Part shown: in pieces, positions 15,844-23,667 of the stretch | How positions within the stretch are numbered: the first letter of the stretch is position 1 | How the letters are laid out: every line of letters starts with the position of its first letter | Assembly: GCA_031415035.1 (NCBI GenBank) | Contig: JANOQX010000099.1 | Location: forward strand, 8,798-32,797 | Length of the DNA stretch: 24,000 nt | Source of the DNA: Cyanobacteria bacterium VAR_4_metabat_243 | Lineage (GTDB): Bacteria; Cyanobacteriota; Cyanobacteriia; Leptolyngbyales; Leptolyngbyaceae | Reading direction: 5' to 3' | Notes under the pieces: model-generated | The model's input: only the letters and a program-made list of their open reading frames with translations | Databases searched by the model: none | Told to the model about the DNA's origin: nothing | Position numbers and translations under genes: made by a program

Positions 15844-16941
15844 GTGATGAAGAATATTCTTGTAATTGAAGATGAACCGCAAATTCGCGAGAATTTGCAG
15901 GAGATCCTTACCCTCTGTGACTTTAATGCAATGACGGCCTGTAATGGTGCCCAAGGGCTAGAAGTCTTGAAAATCAGCTTGCCGGACTTGATTTTGTGCG
16001 ATGTGAATATGCCGGAATTGGACGGGCATGATTTGCTGCGGATGCTGCGCATGGATACCCTGACGGCGAATATTCCGTTTATCTTTTTGACCTCCAATGG
16101 TGAACGGCCCGATGTCCGATCGGGGATGGAAATGGGGGCGTCGGATTATTTGACCAAACCGGTTAGTGCTGATGAATTGATCAAGGCGATCAACATGCAA
16201 ATGGCCAAAACTACCATCGCCAAACGCCAAGCCGATGAAACGCTGAACCAACTGCGCAATAACATCAATCTCGCCTTGCCTCATGAGCTGTACACGCCGC
16301 TGAATGGGATCTTGGGTTCGGCTGATTTGTTGATTCGGGATCATGGCAATCTGGATGAGGCAGAGCGGTTAGAATTGGCGGAGCAGATTCGGGAATCGGC
16401 GATGCGGCTCTATCACCTGACCCGCAATTTTTTGCTCTATGCCGAATTGGAAATGATGTCCACATCCCCCGATCGTCCCGGTTTAATTCGCCAAAATCGG
16501 CGGTTGCGCACACCCTGTGAACGGCTGATTGCCCATACGGCGGATCAACGGGCGCAGAAGTGTCATCGATCAGCGGACTTACATCTGGCGATCGAAGCGG
16601 CGGAATTGCCCATCAGTGAGGCGAAGCTGGTGAAGCTGATGGATGAGTTGTTGGATAATGCGTTTAAGTTTTCGGAAGTGGGACAGCCCGTGCAGATCTT
16701 TGCCCGTTGTGTCCAAGGGGCGTATCAAATCGATCTATTGGACATGGGGCGCGGTTTGACGCCACAGCAAATTGCCCAATTGGGCGGCTATATGCAATTC
16801 GATCGCGATCGCTATGAACAACAGGGCGGCGGGCTGGGTCTGACGATCGCCAAACGCTTGGTGGAATTGCATGGCGGCGAATTGGTGATTCATAGTATCC
16901 CGGAACGGGAGACGTTGGTTTGTATCACGTTGCCCCTGTAA
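15844..16941 (+). CDS. Hybrid protein: N-terminal receiver (REC) + HisKA + HATPase_c histidine kinase
   Basis: REC: ILVIEDEP...DLILCDVNMPELDG...YLTKP. H-box: PHELYTPLNGILG. N-box: LLDNAFKFS. G-boxes: DMGRGL and GGGLGLTIA. The track start is GTG 15844; an ATG follows at 15847. Confidence 0.9.
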   Translation: MMKNILVIEDEPQIRENLQEILTLCDFNAMTACNGAQGLEVLKISLPDLILCDVNMPELDGHDLLRMLRMDTLTANIPFIFLTSNGERPDVRSGMEMGASDYLTKPVSADELIKAINMQMAKTTIAKRQADETLNQLRNNINLALPHELYTPLNGILGSADLLIRDHGNLDEAERLELAEQIRESAMRLYHLTRNFLLYAELEMMSTSPDRPGLIRQNRRLRTPCERLIAHTADQRAQKCHRSADLHLAIEAAELPISEAKLVKLMDELLDNAFKFSEVGQPVQIFARCVQGAYQIDLLDMGRGLTPQQIAQLGGYMQFDRDRYEQQGGGLGLTIAKRLVELHGGELVIHSIPERETLVCITLPL

Positions 16942-17025
16942 CGGGATCGGGCGATTCTCGGCTCCTTTACTTTTGTGCACTATTAAACAGCAGGCGCGAA
17001 TTGATGTCGATCGCGACTTCGATGT

Positions 17026-18735
17026 ATGGCTGGCTGTGTTGTCCTTGGCATTACCCCTTACGCATCATCTCCCATGAGCTTGAATTTCCATTCGGAGTTG
17101 GTGGCCGAAATCTACCACCACCAGCAAACCAAAGAACAACTCCATGCGGTGCTCGATGCGATGCCGGGGACGGTCTCCTGGCTGTCATCGGACTTGATTT
17201 ATCTGGGCGTCAATCGGATGCTGTCGAATTATTGTAACCTGACGCCGGATTGCTTTGTGGGGCGATCGTTGGGATTTCTCAATCCCGAGGGCAATCAGTT
17301 TACCGAGTTTGTGCGGCAGTTTTTTGCAGGGCCACGATTGTCGGCTCGAATGGAGATTACGCGGGGTCGATCGACCTTCCTCACCGTCGCGCAGAAGTAT
17401 AACCAGGATCAGTCAGCGGTCTTTATTGAAATCGACATCAGCGATCGTAAAGCGATCGAAGCCCAGCTTGAAGCGGCGAATCATCAGTTTAGCCAAGCGA
17501 ATCAGGAACTCGAACGGGCGACGATGATCAAGGATGAAATGCTGGTGAATATGGCGAACATCCATGCCGAACTGGCCCGCGCCACGCGGCTCAAGGATGA
17601 ATTTCTGGCGAGTATGAGCCATGAATTGCGGACGCCGTTGAATGCGGTGTTGGGTATGTCGGAGGCGCTGTTGGATGAGCTGTGTGGGGTGCTTGATGAG
17701 CGGCAGCGCCAGGCCGTGGCGACGATCGCCCAGAGTGGGCAGCATTTGTTGGCCTTGATTAATGACATTCTCGATTTAGCCAAAATCGAATCGGGCAAAT
17801 TGGAGTTGCACTATGAAGTGGTGCGATCGGATCGGCTGTTGCAATCGAGTTTGGATTTTGTGCGGCAACTGGCCCACCAGAAGCAGATTAGCTTAACCTC
17901 GGTGATCGAACCGGGCCTGTCGCAACTGCGGCTTGACGATCGGCGCTTTCGCCAAGTGCTGATCAATCTCCTCAGCAACGCGGTTAAATTCACCCTCCCC
18001 GGTGGCGCGATTACCCTGCGATTGACGCGACTGAGCGATCCCGATCGGGTGTGTTTGGTGGTGGAAGATACGGGGATTGGCATTGCGCCGGAGCATTTGC
18101 CGCAGTTGTTTGACCCATTTGTCCAAATCGATAGCAGCCTGAATCGGCAATACGCCGGAACCGGGATGGGCTTGGCCCTGGTGCGCCGGATTGTGGAATT
18201 GCATCAGGGGACGGTGCGGGTGGTGAGTCAGGTGGGCCAAGGCAGTCAATTTATCATTGAGGGTCCCTGGTGTTGTGTTGAGCCGATCGACCCGGTGATT
18301 ATTGTTCCGGATGTGCCGCCGCTGCCGGATCGCCGATCGCCGATCGTGCCCTGGCCCAAGCGGATTTTGCTCGCTGATGATAATGCGTTGAACCAACTGT
18401 TATTTTCGGAATATTTGCAGGAGGAAGGCTATCAGGTGGTGCAGGCGCGCAATGGTCAGGAGGCCTTGGACGCGGCCCTGGGCAGCACCCCGTTTGATTT
18501 GATTTTGATGGATATTCAGATGCCGACGATGGACGGCTTGACGACGATTCGTCAGTTGCGCCAGCAGTCACAATTTGCGCATTTACCGATTATTGCGGTG
18601 ACGGCCTTGGCGATGCCGGGGGATCAGCAGCGCTGTCTGCAAGCCGGAGCCACCGAATATATTCCCAAACCCGTCCAGCTCAAGCATTTAATTCACCGGA
18701 TTCAGCATTGGCTGGCCTGGATTCCGGTGGTTTGA
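17026..18735 (+). CDS. Hybrid sensor histidine kinase: PAS-like N-terminus, coiled coil, HisKA, HATPase_c, C-terminal REC
   Basis: H-box: SHELRTPLNAVLGMSE. N-box: NLLSNAVKFT. G-boxes: DTGIGI and GTGMGLALV. REC: ILLADDN...DLILMDIQMPTMDG...YIPKP. There are no TM segments. An alternative start is ATG 17074 (MSLNFHSE). Confidence 0.9.
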   Translation: MAGCVVLGITPYASSPMSLNFHSELVAEIYHHQQTKEQLHAVLDAMPGTVSWLSSDLIYLGVNRMLSNYCNLTPDCFVGRSLGFLNPEGNQFTEFVRQFFAGPRLSARMEITRGRSTFLTVAQKYNQDQSAVFIEIDISDRKAIEAQLEAANHQFSQANQELERATMIKDEMLVNMANIHAELARATRLKDEFLASMSHELRTPLNAVLGMSEALLDELCGVLDERQRQAVATIAQSGQHLLALINDILDLAKIESGKLELHYEVVRSDRLLQSSLDFVRQLAHQKQISLTSVIEPGLSQLRLDDRRFRQVLINLLSNAVKFTLPGGAITLRLTRLSDPDRVCLVVEDTGIGIAPEHLPQLFDPFVQIDSSLNRQYAGTGMGLALVRRIVELHQGTVRVVSQVGQGSQFIIEGPWCCVEPIDPVIIVPDVPPLPDRRSPIVPWPKRILLADDNALNQLLFSEYLQEEGYQVVQARNGQEALDAALGSTPFDLILMDIQMPTMDGLTTIRQLRQQSQFAHLPIIAVTALAMPGDQQRCLQAGATEYIPKPVQLKHLIHRIQHWLAWIPVV

Positions 18736-18797
18736 ATCCCGTGATTGGCGTCCGGTTGAATATGTTGTTAATTTAATGTTTACGCCTGCGAGATGTT

Positions 18798-19943
18798 GTG
18801 ATGATTCAAGCTTTACCGAGACCGACAACGACCACCCCACAAGATCATCAGCCTTACCAGCTCTGGGTGGTGGATGATGAAGCGAATAATTTGACGGTGA
18901 TTGAATTATTGCTGTCCCATGTGGATTATGAGCTGGCGTATTTCGATCGGGGGATCTTGCTGCTCGAAGCCATGCAGCAGCGATTGCCCGATCTGATTTT
19001 GCTCGATGTGATGATGCCGGGAATTGATGGAATTGAACTGTGCCATCGACTGAAACGCGACGATCGGACGAAACATATTCCGATCATTATGGTGACGGCG
19101 CTGAGTAGTCGGGAGGATCTGGCCCGATGTTTGGAAGCAGGGGCGGATGATTTTATTAGTAAGCCGTTGAATGGCTTGGAGCTGCGGGCCAGAGTGCGAT
19201 CGCTGTTGCGGATCAAGCGGCAGTACGATGAACTGCAAGAATTGCTGCATGTGCGGGATGAAATGTTGCAGTTGCGGATGGATCTGTCCCATATGGTGAT
19301 CCATGATCTGCGGAATCCCTTGGCGAATATTTTACTCAGTTGTCAGATTTTGCAAATGCGGGGACTCGACGATCGCACTGCGCCCAAGATCCAACAAATT
19401 GAATATGCTGGACATCGACTGGAAACGATGATTGATGGACTATTAATTACCGCGAAGTTGGAATCGGGCAAGTTGGCCCTGCATCCAGCAGCGGTGGATC
19501 TGCCGGAATTGCTTCAGACCGTGGGGGCAGAATTTAGCGCCATCGCGACCCAACAAGGCGTGAACTTGGTGCAGGAAATTGCCCCCGGCCCGATGACCAT
19601 CCAAGGCGATGCGGCCCTGCTGCGGCGCGTGTTGGACAATCTGCTGTCGAATGCGTTGAAATTCGCTCCGGCCCAAAGTGATGTCACCCTCGCGGTGCTG
19701 CGTCACGCCGATCGGGTGCTGCTGCAAGTGCGGGATCAGGGCCAAGGCGTCAACCCCGCACTGCGCGAACAAATCTTTGCCAAATTCGAAATTGGCCAAC
19801 ATTTACCCCAGGTGAAACAGATGGGCTTGGGCTTGGCATTTTGTAAGATGGTGGTGGAGGCCCATGATGGCCAGATTCAGGTGGGTGACAATGATCCGAC
19901 GGGTTGTGTATTCACGATTACCCTGCCCTGCGGGGATGGCTAG
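18798..19943 (+). CDS. Hybrid protein: N-terminal REC + HisKA + HATPase_c histidine kinase
   Basis: REC: LWVVDDE...DLILLDVMMPGIDG...FISKP. H-box: HDLRNPLANILL. N-box: NLLSNALKFA. G-boxes: DQGQGV and GLGLAFCKMV. Confidence 0.9.
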   Translation: MMIQALPRPTTTTPQDHQPYQLWVVDDEANNLTVIELLLSHVDYELAYFDRGILLLEAMQQRLPDLILLDVMMPGIDGIELCHRLKRDDRTKHIPIIMVTALSSREDLARCLEAGADDFISKPLNGLELRARVRSLLRIKRQYDELQELLHVRDEMLQLRMDLSHMVIHDLRNPLANILLSCQILQMRGLDDRTAPKIQQIEYAGHRLETMIDGLLITAKLESGKLALHPAAVDLPELLQTVGAEFSAIATQQGVNLVQEIAPGPMTIQGDAALLRRVLDNLLSNALKFAPAQSDVTLAVLRHADRVLLQVRDQGQGVNPALREQIFAKFEIGQHLPQVKQMGLGLAFCKMVVEAHDGQIQVGDNDPTGCVFTITLPCGDG

Positions 19944-20053
19944 ATGTGGTTCCGGTGGATCGGCTATGATGATTCAGCAATTGCATCGTCCCCGTTGCGG
20001 GCGCTGTGGTTTTGGGATTACTAAGATTAACTTTCCGCTGATTATCTGCCCTT

Positions 20054-21973
20054 ATGCCAGTTCGCGATCGCCTCAAACGGGCCTATTACAAAGTCACGCT
20101 GCTGTTGCATCGGGCGCGTCATCAGGCGCAACCGAATGATCCCGGCACGCTCCTGAAGATGGCCGCCGCCCATGTGGAGCGGCAGGAATGGCCGCAGGCG
20201 ATCGCCCGCGTCGATCAAGTCCTCCAAGCTGATCCCCACGAGTCCCATGCGCTACGGATATTGGCTCAAGCCCACCTGGGTAAAGGCAATCGCACTGCCG
20301 CTCTGACGGCGATCCAAACCTCCCTGAGCTTGGATCGCAATGCGGGTTGGAGCCACCATGTGCTCGGCCAAATTCATTTGGCCAATCAGGATTATGCCGC
20401 CGCGATCGCCGCGATCGAAACGGGCATCGCGATCGATCCCAACGTCAGTTGGCTGCATTTCAATCTGGGGGAAGCCTACCTCCTGGCAGGGGATTGGGCC
20501 AAAGCCGTGACCGTCCTGCAAACGTCGATTCGGCTCAATCCGATCTTCCCTTGGGCGCATTATTATCTGGGCAATGCCCAATTGGCCCTGGGCAATTTCG
20601 CAGCGGCGCAGCAAGCCTACCAAAAGGCGCAATTGTTTGGCCCGGATGTCGATCATGTGCGGGGGAATGCGGCCTATGTCGATCATTTACAAGCCCAAGG
20701 CGCGGAAATCGACACCTACATCCAGCAGACCCATGCCCAAGATACGTTGGGTCTGCGATCGCGCCCCAGAGTATTGCTGATCCTGCCTGGCCCGGCTTAT
20801 CCGCCCCGTAGTGGGGGGGCCGTCCGATCGTTTTATGAAATGAAGGCATTGCACGGCAAAGTCGATTTGGTGGTGGCGAGTTTGCTCTATGACAAGGCGA
20901 ATTGGCGGGTCAAGGATGACTTGGCTAACTACGCCCAACTGGCTTTGGTGATGGATACGGGCGAGCGTCCCCCCCGCGATCCCGACCAACCGAACAGCAT
21001 CCATCGCTATCGCAGTCCCGGCTTCGAGACGATTCTGAAGCAACTGGGACCGGTGAATTTTGACATTGTGGTGTCAGATTTTATGTTTATGGCGCAGTAT
21101 CGGGATTATTTTCCCCAGGCGTTTCATGTGTTGTCCGAGCACAATATTGAATCGCAGATTGTGCGGCGCAGTGGCACCGTCGCCAAAGATCAAGCCGATC
21201 AGGATCAAGCCGATCAGCAAGCGGCCTTGGCAATTTTACAGGAAGCCGATCATCTGGCGGCCTTTGAAGATCGGATGTGGCCGCAGTATCCGCTGCGCTT
21301 TGTGGTGAGCGAACAGGATCGCCAAATGCTGACGGCCCGCTGCTCGATCGGCGAAACCGTAGTGGTGAATAATGGCGCAAATACCCGTGAGATTAAGTTG
21401 TTGCCCGATAATTCACTGCCACGGGTGTTGTTAATCGGCACGCTGAATTATTTGCCAAATATTGATGGCGCGATTTATTTTGCGTCGCAGATTTTGCCCC
21501 ATGTGTGGCGGCTGAATCCCAAGGTGGAGTTTTGGATTGCGGGGGCGGATCCGGTGCCAGAACTGCGGCGGTTGGCCGATCACGATCGGCGGATCAAGCT
21601 GATCGCCAATCCCGAAGTGATGGAAGATGTGGCAGCGCAATGCTGTCTCTCGGTGGTGCCGCTGCGGATTGGCAGTGGGACGCGGATTAAGATCTTGCAG
21701 TCGTTGGCCATGGGTTTGCCGACGGTGACCACAACCTTGGGCTGTGAGGGCCTACTCGTCGAAGACGACAAACATTTAATGGTGCGCGATCGACCCGATG
21801 ACTTTGCCCAAGCGATCGTTGATTTGATCGCCGATGCGGGCAAGCGCGATCGGCTCCGCCAAACGGGTCGTGCTTTAGTCGAAGCCGAATACGATTGGGA
21901 ACAGATCTGGGAATCGGCGGTGAATTTGATGCTCGATCGGTATGCGAAACACCAGGGCGATCGGCAAATGTAG
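20054..21973 (+). CDS. TPR-repeat domain fused to a GT-B (GT4/Glycos_transf_1) glycosyltransferase
   Basis: The N-terminal ~200 aa have repeated TPR-like A..Y..A...P motifs (AHLGKGNRTAAL, GQIHLANQDYAAAIAAIETGIAIDP, GEAYLLAGDWAKAVTVLQTSIRLNP, GNAQLALGNFAAAQQAYQKA). The C-terminal part SVVPLRIGSGTRIKILQSLAMGLPTVTTTLGCEGL is typical of GT1-family C-domains. Confidence 0.85.
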   Translation: MPVRDRLKRAYYKVTLLLHRARHQAQPNDPGTLLKMAAAHVERQEWPQAIARVDQVLQADPHESHALRILAQAHLGKGNRTAALTAIQTSLSLDRNAGWSHHVLGQIHLANQDYAAAIAAIETGIAIDPNVSWLHFNLGEAYLLAGDWAKAVTVLQTSIRLNPIFPWAHYYLGNAQLALGNFAAAQQAYQKAQLFGPDVDHVRGNAAYVDHLQAQGAEIDTYIQQTHAQDTLGLRSRPRVLLILPGPAYPPRSGGAVRSFYEMKALHGKVDLVVASLLYDKANWRVKDDLANYAQLALVMDTGERPPRDPDQPNSIHRYRSPGFETILKQLGPVNFDIVVSDFMFMAQYRDYFPQAFHVLSEHNIESQIVRRSGTVAKDQADQDQADQQAALAILQEADHLAAFEDRMWPQYPLRFVVSEQDRQMLTARCSIGETVVVNNGANTREIKLLPDNSLPRVLLIGTLNYLPNIDGAIYFASQILPHVWRLNPKVEFWIAGADPVPELRRLADHDRRIKLIANPEVMEDVAAQCCLSVVPLRIGSGTRIKILQSLAMGLPTVTTTLGCEGLLVEDDKHLMVRDRPDDFAQAIVDLIADAGKRDRLRQTGRALVEAEYDWEQIWESAVNLMLDRYAKHQGDRQM

Positions 21974-22012
21974 TCGATGTGCGAATTTGGCCTGAACGAT
22001 CGCGCCGGTTGC

Positions 22013-22087
22013 GATCCCCCTAAATCCCCCTTAAAAAGGGGGACTTTTTTCATGTACCCCCCTTTTTAAGGGGGGCTAGGGGGGATC
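22013..22087. repeat. Composite inverted duplication of a C5/G5 'CCCCCTTAAAAAGGGGG' hairpin element between convergent genes
   Basis: GATCCCCCTAAATCCCCCTTAAAAAGGGGGA (22013-22043) and the reverse complement of 22057-22087 (GATCCCCCCTAGCCCCCCTTAAAAAGGGGGG) are near-identical. Each half also folds on itself. Confidence 0.75.
22025..22050 (+). terminator. Rho-independent terminator of the TPR-glycosyltransferase gene
   Basis: The 8-bp stem TCCCCCTT/AAGGGGGA has an AAA loop (22025-22043) and is followed by C then TTTTTT (22045-22050). Confidence 0.65.
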
Positions 22088-22145
22088 ACAACCGCCGCAA
22101 TGACGAACTAATTTCGCATTGCCACAACGCATCCCAAAATCACGC

Positions 22146-22886
22146 CTACATCACACTTTCATGTAAGCAATAGTATTCCCAAACCTTATCGCAAAACGGA
22201 TTACTAACTTGGTGATACCCAAAGGTTTGCAGCCGCGCCAACATCTTTTCCCAGATCCAGGCATCCGCTTCCACACTTAATGCCAGGAAAGTATATTCAT
22301 CAAACGGAAATGAATCAATTACTTTATATTCACTCCCTTCAATATCAAACGCCGCAAAATCGATCACCTTTGGCGCATTGTGTTTGCGGAGTAAATCGAC
22401 CAACGGCACGGCGGGCATGGTGACCGGGCGGCCTGTGGCCGTAACTTGATCCCCTTGCCATTTATAGTTTTCCAGATTTTCTTTGACGCCGCTGATATAG
22501 GGCGCGACTTCGGGATCAGCATCCGCAAAGACAAACGTCACCAGTTCTTCCCGATCGGACAAACAAATCGACTCGCAAATGCTATTGGGCCGCTGGATGA
22601 TGAGTTGCGCGTAGAATTCGGCATTGGGTTCGATGCAGAGACCCCGCCAGCCCAGATCATGTTCCAAGGTGTAGCAACTGCTGCATTCCTTGCCATTGGC
22701 CGCGCCCGCTTCGACGAAGTAACCACCCGTTTTGCCGGGGAAGACGTATTCGGCGATCCACCGATCGTTGTAGGTTTCGTTGAAGTATTGATATTTGGGT
22801 TTGAGGTGTGGCGCGTTTTGGGCCGTATGTGCCCGCATCCGCTGGCGAGCGCTCTGGCTGGATTCTGGCGATGTGGGTTGGGTCAT
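22146..22886 (-). CDS. FkbM-family SAM-dependent methyltransferase
   Basis: GGYFVEAGAANGKECSSCYTLE...GLCIEPNAEFYAQL and VIDFAAFDIEGSEYKVI...LSVE match the FkbM pattern (vDvGAn.G......EP.p..f..L ... idllKiDvEG.E..vl). Confidence 0.8.
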   Translation of the reverse strand: MTQPTSPESSQSARQRMRAHTAQNAPHLKPKYQYFNETYNDRWIAEYVFPGKTGGYFVEAGAANGKECSSCYTLEHDLGWRGLCIEPNAEFYAQLIIQRPNSICESICLSDREELVTFVFADADPEVAPYISGVKENLENYKWQGDQVTATGRPVTMPAVPLVDLLRKHNAPKVIDFAAFDIEGSEYKVIDSFPFDEYTFLALSVEADAWIWEKMLARLQTFGYHQVSNPFCDKVWEYYCLHESVM

Positions 22887-23022
22887 GGTGGGCCATTGAG
22901 TCGATCATTTCTATGATAGTCGGTGGTCCAAGCGCAGTCATCCGCAGCATGATTAACGTTCACGAAATATTTAGCCTGGGTACAATGGCAGGATAAATTT
23001 AGTTCAATTAGACAAATCTCCT

Positions 23023-23667
23023 ATGTCACAAACGATCGCGACCAATCTCCCCGCGCCGCTCCAAACCCTGCTTCAAGCACAACCCAATTTCCATGCCGTC
23101 TATAACGATGTGACGTTGGTGGAGGAGGATTGCTGTAATTGGTCGATCGATCCAACGATTTTGGAATGGATTTCCCAGAATGTGCAGCCGGGATTTGCCA
23201 CATTGGAAACAGGCTGCGGCTATTCTTCTGTGGCGTTTGCGGTGGCCGGGGCGAGTCATACGGTGCTGTCCCCGATCGCGGCGGAACATACGGCGATTCA
23301 GCGCTGGTGTGCGTCCCAGTCGATCGACCTAAGCCGGGTCGAATTCCTGGCCCAGGCGTCCCAGGATGTGATTCACAGTCTGCCCCAAACACCGCTCGAC
23401 GTGGTGCTGATCGATGGGGATCACGCCTTTCCGATGCCGCTGATCGATTGGTACTACACGGCGGAACGGGTGAAGCAAGGCGGCATGGTGTTGGTGGATG
23501 ACACCCAAATCATCACGGGGAAAATCTTGAAGGATTTTCTCGCCATGGAAACCGATCGGTGGAAGTTGGTGACGGATTTTGATAAGACGAGCGTGTTCCA
23601 GCGGATTACGTCGGCCCCCGTCACCCGTGGGGTGTGGTTTGGGATGCAACCTTACTGTCAGGAATAA
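23023..23667 (+). CDS. Class I SAM-dependent methyltransferase
   Basis: Motif I-like TLETGCGYSSVAFAVAG, then VVLIDGDHAFPMPLIDWYY and GGMVLVDD, as in the Methyltransf_24/CmcI-like subgroup. Confidence 0.75.
   Translation: MSQTIATNLPAPLQTLLQAQPNFHAVYNDVTLVEEDCCNWSIDPTILEWISQNVQPGFATLETGCGYSSVAFAVAGASHTVLSPIAAEHTAIQRWCASQSIDLSRVEFLAQASQDVIHSLPQTPLDVVLIDGDHAFPMPLIDWYYTAERVKQGGMVLVDDTQIITGKILKDFLAMETDRWKLVTDFDKTSVFQRITSAPVTRGVWFGMQPYCQE

Noticed and set aside
17413-18571. Minus-strand ORFs 17413-17745, 17502-17798, 17811-18083, 17893-18396 and 18299-18571 inside the middle kinase
   Set aside because: They are antisense shadows. Their Arg/His/Gln-rich composition mirrors the Leu/Asp/Ala codons of the kinase.
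20252-22053. ORFs 20252-20686, 20347-20811, 20535-20849, 20687-21043, 21087-21380 and 21580-22053 overlapping the TPR-glycosyltransferase
   Set aside because: They are off-frame or antisense to a gene with clear TPR and GT-B motifs. The N-terminus of 21580-22053 is a translation of the C5/G5 palindrome.
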